64,000 nt of DNA, taken from NCBI RefSeq assembly GCF_024521635.1, contig NW_026250439.1, positions 62,001 to 126,000 of the forward strand. Reading direction: 5' to 3'. Position 1 is the stretch's first letter. The number at the start of each line of letters is the position of its first letter. The notes beneath the pieces were generated by a model. That model saw nothing but the letters and a program-made list of their open reading frames with translations. It did not search any database and was not told the DNA's origin. Source of the DNA: Tricharina praecox. Its lineage: Eukaryota. Shown here piece by piece: positions 37,526 through 49,963 of the stretch. The position numbers were made by a program, and so were the translations under genes.

Positions 37526-37694
37526 ATGGCGTTCGATCCCTCTCGCCCGAACGGTCTGTCACCCACCTCCGACTCCGACGCGTCAAGCTCTTCCGCTTTT
37601 GCTACGCCTACGCTATTGTTCGCCGCTGCGTTCAGACATCACAGCCACAACCACCACTCGCACCCGCGCCCGCAAGCACAGTCACATCCTCGCC

Positions 37695-37782
<88 letters not shown>

Positions 37783-40634
37783 CCCTCATCCACACCCTCA
37801 TCCACACCACCTCCAGCCGCGCAGCAAAAGCAACAGCAACGGCAACAGCAACGGCAACAGCAACAGCAACGGCAACAGCAACAGCAGCCAATACCCCTAC
37901 CCCGTGCACCCACCGCCCTCCCAGCCCACACCACCACCGGGCGCCCTCCCCCACGCCCTACCACCAATCCACCCCTCCCTCCCCCCCTCCCACACCCTCG
38001 CACCCCTCCACGCCCGCGCCCCCTCCACCAAACCCCCGCCCCCCTCAGACCACAAACGCCCGCGCGCCTGCGAGTCCTGCCGCTCCCTGAAAGTAAAATG
38101 CGAGCCGCACGACTCCGCGGCGCCCACAGGCACATGCCGACGGTGCGCGCGCGCGCACCGGGAGTGCATATTCACGCAGCCTACGCGTAAGCGCCGGAAG
38201 AAGACGGATTCCAAAGTCGCCGAGCTCGAGAGGAAGATTGATGCGCTGACGGCGAGTTTAAGGGCTACTAGAAGGGCGAGGGACACAGGGGAGGGGGGGG
38301 AGGATGGGGAAAGTGGGGAAAGTGGGGAGAGCGGGGAGGAGGGGGAGGAGGGGGACGGGGAAGGGGACGAGGAGGAGTCGCTTGGGCCGTCGTCGGCGAG
38401 CGAGAGGACGCCTGGGAAGCGGTGGAGGAGCGAAGAGGGCAGGCCGGTGAAGACGGAGTTGCCCGAGAAGGCGGCGGCGGCGGATAGGTTCGCGCCGAAC
38501 ACCGAGTACGTCGACGTTATCGACCAGCACATACTGAGCGTCGACATGGCGACGAAGCTGCTAACCTTCTACAACGAGAAGATGGCCCCGCACTTCCCGT
38601 GCGTGATCATCGGCGCTGACACCACCGTGCAGGAGCTGCGCAAGAGCAAGCCGACGCTGCTCCTGGCCGTGCTGGCGATTGCGAGCGGCGCATCTCATCC
38701 CCCGCTGCACAAGGCGCTGCAGAAGGAGACGACACGGTCGTTCGCGGAGCGCATCCTCGTCAATTCCGAGAAGTCGCTAGAACTCGTGCAGGCCCTCATC
38801 GTCACGTCGATATGGTACTATCCGTCGGACTCGTTCGAGACGCTGAACTTCTACACGCTCATACACATGGCCGCGGTGATGGGGCTTGATCTGGGGCTCG
38901 GCAGGAGACAGAAGTCGGGTGCGAGGAGGCAAGTGCCGCTTGCAAGGCCGCCTGGGAAGGGACCGGCACCGCCTGGGTTTGTGCCACATCTCAATCCTCT
39001 CTCAATAACCGCGTCGTTCAACGCGTTATCCACGAAAGAGCGGGAGATGCCGGCTGGAGTCCCCGCCGCCGCGGGTAAGTACTGGTCGCGATCGAGACCG
39101 CAGGGGAAGGAGCCACCACCGCCGCCTCGTAATTCCACCCCGCTACCGGACCCGTGTACGATGGAGGCGAGGCGGACATTCCTGGCGTGTTATTGGACGT
39201 GTTCGCACGTCGCGGTTTCTACCCGGCGACCGAACATGATGCGCATCACGCAGTTCGTCAGGGAGTCGGTCGATGTGCTGATGACTAGTCCGCAAGCTGC
39301 AGCGTCGGACCAGTTGTTCTGTCAGTGGGTGAAACTGCAGATGATCGTCGAGGAGGCGGCGGCAACGTTCGAGTTCGATGATCCCAGCGCCGACTTGTCG
39401 ATTCGCGATTCGAGGGTGCAGATGGCTATCAGGGGGTTCTCGAGGCAGCTCGAGAGTTGGAAGAAGTCGGCGGATGGGTCGGTCTTGAATAGTGCGTACC
39501 TTCCCTATCCTTTCTGTTTCGGGGATGTAACCGTTTCCAGCAACCATCGAGGTGAACTTTCAACTGGCGAACATGATCGTCAACGAAGTGGCACTGCACG
39601 TCGACCACAACATCGACGACTTCCGGCCGCCATTCACGCAGCGGGTGATCCGCGAGCCGATAATGCAGCCGAACGTGATCATCCCGTCGTACCACTCTGA
39701 CGCGATCTGCGCATGCGTCTCCTCCGCACAAACGCTGCTGGACAAGTTCGTAACCTACAACGCCGACGAGCTGCACTGCATACCAGTGTTCATGTTCGTG
39801 CGCGTCGGCTACGCGATCATGGTGCTGATCCGGATCTGGGTGACCGCCGCCCTGCCGGACAGCGAGATGGGCAAGATCCTGCGCAAAGACGAGCTCAAAG
39901 TCGAATACTACATCTCGCGCTCCCTCGGCCACCTCGTCCGCGCGGCCAAGGCCGGCGGGAAGAGACCCGCAGAGAAGTTCACCATGATCATCGTCATGAT
40001 GCGCAGCTGGTACGCGGCGTGTCGCATCGAGCTGGAGGGCGGGAATGCGGCTGATGCGAACGCTGATGGCCGCTCGCCTGGACTGCCCGGTGATATTCCT
40101 ACTACCCCTGAACCCCACGACGGCAGAAGCTCCCACCCCCAGACCCCGCTCCAGCTCCTCTCCGACGCCGCGGTCTCCGTTGACCGCGGCGCGAAGTATC
40201 AGCAGCAGCAGGCGGAGCAGCACGCACAACACCCACCTCACCCGGAAGCCCACGAGCACGACCCACACCCCGAACACGCGCACCACCCGCCCGCCGCGGG
40301 CTACCACTTCGCGCCCCCTTCCTACTACCCGAGCCACTCCCAAAGCCAGAGCCAGCAGAGCCAGCAGTTCTACCCCCTCGTCAGCGGTGGGGGCGGTGAC
40401 TGGTTCGATGCGGGCGGGATCCCGGGATTCGTCGAGTTCCAGGCTGGCGATGTGCCGCTCGGCCTCGGCGGCGTCGGCAGAGAGGTCTTTGCTGATGATA
40501 CGTTCTGGGGGATGATTGAACAGGGGAATGGCATTGGTGAGGGGTATGGCTGCGAGGGTGGGGGCGGGGGCGGGGGAGGGGGCGCGGGCGGTGGTGGGTA
40601 TGTTTGGCCTGGGGAGGGGTGGGGTGCGGAGTAG
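37526..40634 (+). CDS. Zn(II)2Cys6 transcription factor (War1-like), ~1019 aa; intron 39492-39540
   Basis: ACESCRSLKVKC...CRRCARAHREC cluster, coiled coil, fungal TF middle region. The intron joins ORFs 37526 and 39552 in frame. Confidence 0.92.
37697..37780 (+). repeat. (CAGGCA)14 coding microsatellite encoding poly-QA
   Basis: Perfect hexamer array, followed by HP and SN/GN repeats. Confidence 0.95.
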
Positions 40635-41387
40635 AGGTGGGGGCGTGGGGGGGGGGGGGTGGAAGGCTGGCAGGCAAGGAAGGAGGGTTTGTTTGTAGCT
40701 ATGTCTATGCGGGCGCTCGGAGTTATGTTTTCTCGTTGGGTTTTGGAGGAAATGGGTGATACATATTGTGTTGTGCTGAGGCTATATACCTAGACGACTT
40801 TGTCATACTACTGTACTAGATAGTGAGAGACCTCCGAAGGGTATATACGGGCGACTGGTGAGATGAGACAGATTGGATTGACTACCAGGTAGTACATAGA
40901 AAGCAATAAGAAAGCGGCAAGAAAGCAGCAAGAAAAGAAAGCAGCCTGCCCGCCTTCTTCAGGCCAGGCCGCACAACGTCAAAGTAGTACCTATCTCGGC
41001 GATGTTAAAGCTGATAACCCATGCCCCCCCTCGCACACTAGAACCCGCGAAGAGAGAGTGAGGATGTGCACGTGGCAGTTAAGTTGACCCTCCCCTAGTG
41101 CTTAGTGCTTACGACTGCTGGGACTGCTGGTATGAGGTGGTATCCAAATTCTCTAGGTAATCTACTCTATAAGGTAGGTACATACGGTACCGGACGCATT
41201 GTGTTTTCATGTATGCGATAAATGTTCTGAATGAATGAATGAAGTACCTACTGTACAGAATGAGGTTTTTTGTCCCCCCCTCAGAACTCTACATACGTTG
41301 GGGCCGGCGTGGACTGGGTTGCGAAATACTCGATTCTACAACTGTACTGCACTATACTGAATGATACTGAATGATACTGAATGGAAT

Positions 41388-41519
41388 TGAATGGAACTTC
41401 AGTTGGCATTGGGGGGTTGAGGGGTTGGTTGGTTGGTTATAACCCCGCTGTAGGTAGGTATGAGGTATGTACCTTGTAGACTACGGAGACAATTCTCCTG
41501 TAGTTGTATATGAGGTACC
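41388..41519. repeat. Left arm of the inverted repeat bracketing GHITM
   Basis: Reverse complement aligns with 43206-43429: one 38-bp block with 1 mismatch and one exact 23-bp block. Confidence 0.9.
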
Positions 41520-41797
41520 ACCTGAGAGGTGAAGTCATTGTCAACGCGTTTTTCGGCTAACGCCGGTATGTACGTGGAGAGTACGATAGCGAGAATGGAT
41601 GGATGGATGGATGGTATATGTATGCATATGTAGGATGATGAGAGGAGTCTCTGAATAGACACAGCAAAGAAAGAGAAAAAGGAAAAGCAAAGCAAAGCAA
41701 CGCCAGCCAGCAAACCAGCCCATGAAAAAGCCACTCCAGATAGAAGCAGGTACCTGTATACCGTAGTACCTAACCTACCATAGCACGCGGTCTACTT

Positions 41798-42941
41798 CTA
41801 CTTCTTCCTCTGCTGCCCACCCAGTATCTGCACCAGCCTGACAAAGATCTATTTTTTCCCCTTCATCAGTCTCTCTCACCCCCACTCAGGATCGATCGGA
41901 CCACTCACATTGATAAAATCCAACTCCAGCCTGACACTCTCATTGACGGTATCCTTCTTCATGACGCCGCGTTCCGCCGCGCGCGCATGGTTCAGCACTT
42001 TCTGCACGTCATACAGTGTGAACCCGCCAAAGACCGCGAGCCCTCCGTACAGCGAGATCGCCTCCGCGCCCATCAGCGCCCGGCTGCCGAGCGGCAGCAC
42101 CATCGGCGCCAGACCAGAGAGCGCAACTACCGCTACGCCCGCGAGTAAAGGCCCGCCCAGGTACAGGTATTTATCCTGTCACATGTCAGCTTTCAGCCTT
42201 CAGCCTTCAGCCCTCGGCCTTCGGCGCGCACGAGGGGGGGGGGGGGGGGCAGGGGCAGCGTGGAAGACTGAGACTAGGACTGACCTCCTTCGCCGTCGCG
42301 GCGACGTAGCTGATGCTCCCCATGATGCCGATGGTATACAGCCCGGCCCTAGCCAGCACCGCGGGATTATAAAAGAACAGCGGGGCGAGGACCAGGGCCT
42401 GGGTGAGATTGAAGCCGACCCACAGGGCATGTTTCTGCGCCCAGTTCTCGGGGTCGGTATACAGGGTGCCCATCATGGTGCCTACACTCGCCACCAACCC
42501 GCCGCCCAGCACAACCCACGGATTCATCGCCATGAGCCGATAGCTCCAGCCGAAATTGTGCAGCGACTTTGCTGCCAACCCGATGATGCCGATGCCGACG
42601 CCCGTGTACGTGAACGTCTCCTTGAGGTACTGCCGCTCGAACGCAGGGATGGGGTTCACCCGGCCCTCCGAGTTGAACAGGATGTTGATCGCCACCAGGG
42701 TGCCGCCGAACAGCGCGCCGCCCACCGCGAGCTTGCGGTACGCTTCGGATTTGCTGGGCCGCGCGGTGATCGCCGGGTCCGTGGTGAAGGCGCGTTTGCT
42801 GGCGGCGGCGGGGAAAGCGCGGCGGGGTGCGAGGATTGCGCGCACGGATGGCCGGAACGTCGTGAGCGTTCGTGTGGTGAGAGATTTCGCGAGGGGTGTA
42901 AGGGCCGCGCTGCGGCGGAGGGGCGCGAGGAGTAGTTGCAT
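41798..42941 (-). CDS. Mitochondrial Bax-inhibitor-1 family protein (GHITM/MICS1/TMBIM5-like), ~324 aa; exons 42941-42285, 42175-41909, 41848-41798
   Basis: Arg/Ala/Thr-rich presequence, multiple TM segments, DKYLYLGGPLLAG, LYGGLAVFGGFTLYDVQK, LELDFINIFVRLVQIL. Confidence 0.92.
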
Positions 42942-43205
42942 GTTGTGTGTCGTGGTGTGTTGTGGCAATGGTGGTTTCGTTTCACGGGATAGAGGTGGGG
43001 GGTTTATCAAGTGGTGGCGTCAGTCGTCGGGTCGGGATACAAGTGTATGACGTTATCACCCAGCATGTTCTAGAAAGTAGAGTAGTGTGCGACACAGCTG
43101 GAACTGACGTCTTGGCGACGGTTTTCGATCCTTGGCTGCGGACCTTAGACGGACTTGTTGCCAAGATGTGGAACCAGATGTGGACTCGGCTCTACCATAC
43201 AATTA

Positions 43206-43429
43206 GGTACCTTATATATACAGGAGAATTGTCTCCGCAGTCTACAAGGTACATACAGTAGCAAAGAAAGTAGAAACCTGGTAGTTCTTCGGTATTCAAA
43301 TGACTGCGGTATTCACCACGTATCAATCGCACCCTACTTTTTGCTACTGTACATACCTGCATACCTTCAGTAGGGTTATAACAAACCCCAAACCCCCCAA
43401 CCCCCTAATGCCAACTGAAGTTCCATTCA
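43206..43429. repeat. Right arm of the inverted repeat bracketing GHITM
   Basis: Inverted copy of 41388-41519 carrying a 94-bp insertion. Confidence 0.9.
43256..43349. mobile_element. 94-bp Tc1/mariner-type MITE
   Basis: TA|CAGTAGCAAAGAAAGTAG...CTACTTTTTGCTACTG|TA; absent from the left repeat arm. Confidence 0.75.
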
Positions 43430-44484
43430 GTAGAGTACGTACCGCGAAAGCGGGCGGTCGGATTCACATTACCTACATTCTTATGATTTACCGGTATCAC
43501 CACAGTGAAGTTGAACTTGCAATCCGGCATCTTGAAACTTATTGCTCTTTTCTTCTGATTTATGTACCGTATCATACGCTTTTCCCTTGTCCCTTGTCCT
43601 TTGCCCCTTGTCCCTTGTCCCTGGTCACCTAACTTGCGGCCGGGAGGGGCTCGCTCCTGGCTCTCGTTCTCTTTGATTCGCACGTGTAAACTGCCGTTAC
43701 GTAGGTAGGTAACTCCTTGTGAAGCTCTCGTATGTACTCTACATACACGAACCCGGCGCGACCTAGGTTGAGTAGGTATTACGATGATAATTACCATACA
43801 TTGGGCCCAACTTCTAAGTCCACGCCAGTTGGTATCGAGTGCCGAGTGTCGAGTGACGAGTGAAGCACTGCGTTCGCTCTGTCATATTACTCTATAGTGA
43901 AGGGGGGGGGGGGGGAGGGGGTAAAAGATACGCTTTTTGGCGTATCGGTACGGTCACAAATCGTATTTTTTACCCTCCCCTTCAATATACAGTACGTACG
44001 GCGTGTGGAGCACGGGAAGGGTCTCTCGTGTCCGCTGTAGTTAAGGCGATAGTGAAGTTTCAAGGAGCACTGTTCTGAAGGAGTCAAGACACAAGGACTC
44101 GGGCATGCGAGCTGTAGCCGGAGGACCGGGGGAGGAGGTGTGTACTTACTGTCTGGTCTCGCCGCCGGCTGGCAGGTCCATCTCCCTGGCTAATGGCAGA
44201 CATATCCTGCATACCTACCTATATAGAAGAACACCGGTCTCCGCGGATTAGAAGAACAAGCAGGCAACAAAACAGTTACATCTCCCTACCCATCCACCTA
44301 TCGACCTCGGTATATTTGACAGGACAGTGTTCGCTCCATAACGTGTCACTTGCTTCACATGGGTACCTAGGCAGCATGGATTGTGATTCGGGCCTCCTGT
44401 TGAAGGGATGATGTTCTGTGCTGGAGGGGGAGTATTGTACAAATTACAAAACGTTGAAGAGTATAAACAAACGCTCAAAGAGGA

Positions 44485-47400
44485 CTATAACTCGTCTTCT
44501 GTGTCGCTATTCGCCGCCTCTGATGCTTCTCTCTCAGTTCTGGTAGCAGCAGCAGCAGCAGCAGTGGAATTGACCGGAGTCGGCGCCGGAATAGCAGTGT
44601 CAGGCTCATTCTCCTGCGCCTCCGCTTCCTTGATCAACTGTGCCCCAACCGCATCGAGTGCCACCACCGCGTCGGCCTCATCTTCCACGCCTTTCCCGTC
44701 TTTCTCGCCCCTATCCTGCCCATCCAGTTTCCCGTCCTCCCCCTCCGCCTCCCCCTCCTCCCCCAACCGCTCCCACCCCTCCCTGCGCATCTGATAAAAC
44801 TTATTGAGCGCGGTCGTGCGCTGCGCCTGACTCCAGCCCTCAACAACCAGCGCAAACTCGCGCACATCACTGAACCCAAACATTTTCGCGGCGGTGCAAA
44901 ACTGTCTCTTCCTTACCGCCGTGGGCGGTTTGAACTTGTACCTTACCCTGTCCTCATCGCCGTAATCGTCGTCATCGTCGTCAAAGAATGCCGGTTTGTC
45001 CACGGATTGCGTATCGTGCGAGGCGCTCTCGACCGCGCGCCGCGATAAAAGTTCTTCGATCTTGGACGTGCCGACGACCTCGGAGTTTTCGTGCGTGTAG
45101 GATACGCCTGCGTCTGCGAGGATGGCGGCGATAGGGTTGTTTTTCGCTAAGGGCTTGGGTTTTCTCGTGGGCTTGACGCCGAGGTCGTCGAGGTCCCCCG
45201 CGACGCGCGTGAGCACTTGTAGCACGCCGGCTTCCTCGTCGGCGGGGATGACGTCGTCGGTTTCGTCGGCCTCGTCAGCGGACCCGTCCATGTCCGCGAC
45301 CATGACGCCCGCCTTGCGCTCGGCAATGTTCGTCTTGTTGACGATTTCCTGGAGGATGGTGTTTTCCTGGAAGGTGAAGAGGTTTTTGAGGCCGAAGAGC
45401 TCACCCTTGTTAGTTTTATCGCCCATGACGCCGGTGAAGTAGCGGCGCTCGACGCTCGCATTGTATCCGATCGACGCTTGCTGCTGCTTGTACACCTGGC
45501 GGGCGTACACAATCTCCTCGATCGTGCCGGTCGAGATCAGCCGGAACACCTCGACATCACGCGTCTGTCCGATGCGGTATGCGCGGTCCTGAGCTTGCAA
45601 GTCGTACGCGGGATTCCAGTTCGGGTCGAAGATCACAACTTTGTTGGCCGCGGTGATGTTCAGCCCCACGCCGCCGGCCTTGGTCGAGATCAGGAACACG
45701 AACTGGTCCGGGTCGGAGTTGAAGTCGTCGACGGCCTTGGCGCGCTCGCCGAGTGGCATCCCCCCGTCCAGGTAGCACACGTTGTAATCCGTCCTGCGGA
45801 AGAGCGCGTGCAGAATATGCAGGAGGTTTAGTGAGTAGCTGAAGATCAAAACCTTGTCGCCGTTGGCGTACCAGAATTTGAGAAGCCGCTCGAGCACGAT
45901 CCATTTCCCGCACATCTGCGGGTCCATGTAGTTGTACATCCTCTCGCGTGTCGACAGCTCCTTCCATCGGCCGGGAAGACACGTCTCCAATAGCTCCAGC
46001 TTCTGCGCGCGCACGTCTCCTGTGTCGCCGTCGTCGGGGACCCAATTGGCCAGGTGGTTGGAAAGCTTCAGCGTCCACATGATGGCGGGGAATACAAGTT
46101 CGTTGATTCTGCGGCCCTGCGAGTCTTCGCGGTGGCAGCAGATCCGCCGCTTCTTGCCGCTGCCGCACGCGCACGGGTCGCTGGCGTCGCGGATCAGCCG
46201 CACCATTTCGCTTTCCGTGAAGTTCATGTATGCCTCCTTCTGCGTCTCGGTGAGCGGGCAGAACACGATCTTGTCCGACTTCTTCGGCAGCTGGTGCGCG
46301 ATCAGTGTCTTCATCCGCCGCAGGAACATGCGCGGCAGCAGGTTGTTGACCAGCATCAGCGCCACCTTCCGCGCCTTCCCCAGCTGCCGGACCGTGGCAT
46401 TGTGCGTCTGCCCAATCCGCAGCGGCCCAGAGATCGTGCGCTCCCAATCTGCTACTGTCCCGACCTGGCCCGGACGGCACCAGTTGAGCAGTGTCCACAG
46501 CTCTTCGTACTTGTTCTGTATCGCCGTTCCCGTCAGACCTATCCGGCAGAGGGAATTGATCTCGTTCATCCTCTGCGTCGTCTGCGAGCTCCTCTCTACC
46601 CGCTCATCAGCCGCGCCCCAGCTCCATCCACAGATCATCACCAACCCTTAATCTTGTGACACTCGTCGGCAATTACCGCATCCCACTCCACCAGGTTCAC
46701 CTCCATATGCCTCAGTCTATACGTTTCATAATTCGTAATCACTACTTCGGCACTACCTGCCATCGCCGCACGCAACGCCATCTCCTTATCCTCTTTCGAC
46801 CCATGATAAACATACACCTCCCACCAGCCCCAGGTCTTGAACTCGGAGCACCAATTCGCAATCAAGCTGCTGGGGCAGATCACCAACACTCTCGGATACC
46901 ACCCACCCGCGCGCCTTGCCTTCCTCATCCGCTTCGCATCGCGCGAATCCCCCGTCTTCCCAAACGCGGCAGTGAGAAACGCAATGATCTGGACCGTCTT
47001 GCCCAGCCCCATATCGTCGCCCAGGATACACCCCTCCTGCAGCACAAAGCACCTATGCAGAAACCTCACACCATCGACCTGGTACCCACGCAGATACTGT
47101 GCAATGCTGCAGGGGACGACGCCCAGCGAGTCAGGCAGCACGATATCAGCGTACGGCGCGCACGGCTTCACCACGCCGCCAAAGTGCGGCCGGCTCTCCA
47201 GCTCTCCTAGCCTCTCATCATCACTGAACACCACATCGTCCCAGCTGGGCGGCAGCCTCACGCCACCAAGCGTCGGCGCTCTTCCCTGCGCCATCTCCTC
47301 GCGCGCGCGCTGCACCGCCGCCTTCCGCGGGAGCAAGTACTGCGGCAGAACGACCTCGTCGTCCTGTCGCACGCCGTCGCCGGTAGTCGCACGGTCCTCG

Positions 47401-47789
47401 GTAAAGTTCCACGTGAGCGGAGGCTGCTTCCTGCCTGCTGCGCCGGCAGCCGTGCGCCCGACGATCCGCTCGGCGGGAGAAGGCTTCGTGGTCTTCTTAC
47501 CCGCTCGCGATGCCTTCTTCTTCTGCTTCGGCTTACAAGCAGCCGCAGACTTCCGCCGCTTCCACGCCGCCAGCACCACGTCGTCCTCGGAGTCGTCCGT
47601 CATCATGATGCGCGCGCCGCTGCCGCTGGGGTGCGCGGTCGTACGCAGCGGTACGGCATCGAGCTCCGCATCTGGTGAGGGTGGCGCCGGCGTCCGTTTC
47701 CGTTTCGCTTTCGCTATAGCCTTCGACGGCGCGGCAGGTGCGTAGTCTAGATCGAACTCGGAGTCTGACGCTGACGCGGCCGTGGACAT
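44485..47789 (-). CDS. SNF2-family DNA-repair ATPase, ERCC6L2/Rad26-like, ~1084 aa; intron 46596-46645
   Basis: GDDMGLGKT, DECH, LTGTAIQN, QAQDRAYRIGQ, plus the C-terminal YTHENSEVVGTSK (VIGSSK) motif typical of ERCC6L2-type proteins. Confidence 0.92.
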
Positions 47790-47835
47790 TGCGATGGATG
47801 GATGGGTGGATGGATAGATGACTGTGCGCGGGGCG

Positions 47836-47877
47836 ACGCGTTGTGCGACGGTTGGGGGAGAGGCGTTGGCAACGCGT
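47836..47877. promoter_or_regulatory. Two MCB-like ACGCGT boxes
   Basis: ACGCGT at 47836 and 47872, within 90 bp upstream of the SNF2 start codon. Confidence 0.5.
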
Positions 47878-48334
47878 TTCGAGTCACGTGGAGATTACGA
47901 AAGCGAGAATAAAGTTGATTTTACGTCGCTGAGTAATTTGAAAATGCTCAGCCTTGAGGATGCTGTACGACAGCCTTCTACGAGTGCGAGGCCATGCAGA
48001 TGCGGTAAGGTGCAGGGATCGGCTATCGCTCATCGCGTGGGGATGTTTACCGCGCCTAATAGCCACACCTTGTTCATTCGCCAACGTCGCGTCTCAAATC
48101 ACTCGCTACTCCACCTCCACTACTATAGATCAACCCCGCCCATAGTCGAAAGTGGCATGGAAACGGGGGGATGTACGGGTAGATGATATTGCCATGATCT
48201 AGATAGGTCGCATGCAATCAATGAATGAACAACAAAAAAAAAGCCCATAGTCAAAAAGTACGATACCCCGGACACTCCGAGAACGCGACCATGCGCTCGA
48301 CTCGAGAACGACGTCCACGCCGCCCGTCGCCTCT

Positions 48335-48740
48335 CACTCCATGAAGCCATGGCGACTTACGCTAACCGATCAACTCGTCCTCGACTCCGGTCTACAGGAC
48401 CACACCGACTGCTGTGCGACCTCGGAGGAGCTGAGCGGCTTCCACGCGGATAACCATCCCGACTTCCTCCGACGCCCATGTCGATCTGCAGGGCGCGAGA
48501 GTGATACTGGAGGAGTTACAGGATTGCTGGGGCGATGTGTGAGGCGCGACTCCATGACAGAGTTGTCACTCTGCCCGGTGAGAGGATGTGCTCCACCCCC
48601 GCCTCGCGGCCGACGGCCTGTAAGAGAACAAGAACAGAGGGAACCACCGTATCTCGAGCCTGTGAGGCTGGAGGATTATGGAGCCGCTGGGGTATCTCGG
48701 TGGCGTGCTGGGAATGTAGATGTGGCAGGAGGTCTCTCCG
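48335..48740 (+). pseudogene. Decayed fragment of a Hos2/HosA-type class I histone deacetylase
   Basis: HSMKPWRLTLTDQLVLDSGLQDH...ATSEELSGFHADNHPDFLRR resembles the Hos2 N-terminus (HPMKPWRLTL...AT.EEL..FH..DY.DFL). Similarity decays downstream, so the 3' limit is uncertain. Confidence 0.72.
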
Positions 48741-49208
48741 GATCCGTTGCGGTGTTGGAGGGAGCTCGGGAATGCGATCAAACAAGCGATGCGAGCGTAG
48801 GAAGGGGTTGAGAAATTGCTTTCAAAGCGGTAGCAGAGGTTTCAGAGGCTCTGGAATCTGGATTTCCATTTCTGCTTGTACGTTTCATGGTTCCTTCATG
48901 TATGGTTGTCTGGAGTCTTCTTGCTCCAGGATAACCAAACGTTGGCTCGAGGTAAGCAATAGTATGGATGCAGAAATTTCCGGTTATTGAAGCGGCGTCA
49001 AGCGACCGAGTCGTCACTGGAGATCGGGCCTGCTCTGGGGAGGCCGGTCCAGGGTTTGGTTGTGTCATAGTAATGATCACGAATTTCCACTGTGGGCTGT
49101 TAACAATGGAAGTGAACTTGAATGGAACCCTTCGCCGCGGTAAATTAAATGATAACCGGTGCCGAACCGTGGCTCTAACCGTGGCCCCCAAACGACCCAG
49201 AAAAAAAT

Positions 49209-49929
49209 GGGGTTTGACAAGGATAATCCAGTTTTCGAATATAATGAGCAGGATAATCTAGTTTTTTTGTCCGTTTTGTTAAGCGCTCAGCTGCCATGCT
49301 GCGCCACACCGCCAGCGGGCCACCATCAGAAAAGATTAGTTTCAGGTACCGGTGCTCCAGGTGGCCATGCCGTGACAGTTATCCAAGCTGTCAAGAAGAT
49401 TCCGATAGCCTTCATGCCTGCTTACATGCCACGGCATAACTGAATCGCAGCATACAATGCTGCAATGCCACCGGTATAGATGGAAAACAAGCATATTGAA
49501 GCATAGCGATCTGAGGAGGAGGAGGAGGAGGAGGAGGTGGTGGTGGTGGTGGCAAAATGTCAACCACCGCTCACCCGTGTTCCGAAAGGGCGGCCCCCAA
49601 GGAATCGGATGACAAGGGGTGAAATGAGAAAGAAATGGACGCTGGAGCATGAGGGGGAGTTGCCGAATATCCCAGACCGTGCTCCACCTTGCTGTTCAAC
49701 ATGCAAAGGGACCGGCCATTATGCCTCTACGTGCAGAAAGGCGCATTCATAGGCATCGTTACTCTTCGGGGAGTCTTAGGTTATATGGTCTAGTAATGCT
49801 GCAAACGACGATAAATGGATGATTTTCTCTCTCTTGTATTATTTACTGACACTGCTGCGCTTAATGTGGGCTATCCTCGCCCCCCCCCTCCAAAAGAAAA
49901 AAAAAACTGGATTAACCTTGTCAAAACCC
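49209..49929 (+). mobile_element. Internally deleted Mutator-like (MULE) element
   Basis: 27-bp TIRs GGGGTTTGACAAGGATAATCCAGTTTT / AAAACTGGATTAACCTTGTCAAAACCC (2 mismatches). Internal remnant of a SWIM tail (GHAVTVIQAV), PPLTRVPKGRP and the knuckle CSTCKGTGHYASTC. TSD not convincing. Confidence 0.8.
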
Positions 49930-49963
49930 GTAAAATTCAAGCTCCCCAATTACCAGCTATGCA

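Noticed and set aside
30547..47745. Long antisense or overlapping ORFs over KIP3, the TF, GHITM and the SNF2 gene
   Set aside because: Shadows of GC-rich codon usage on the real genes.
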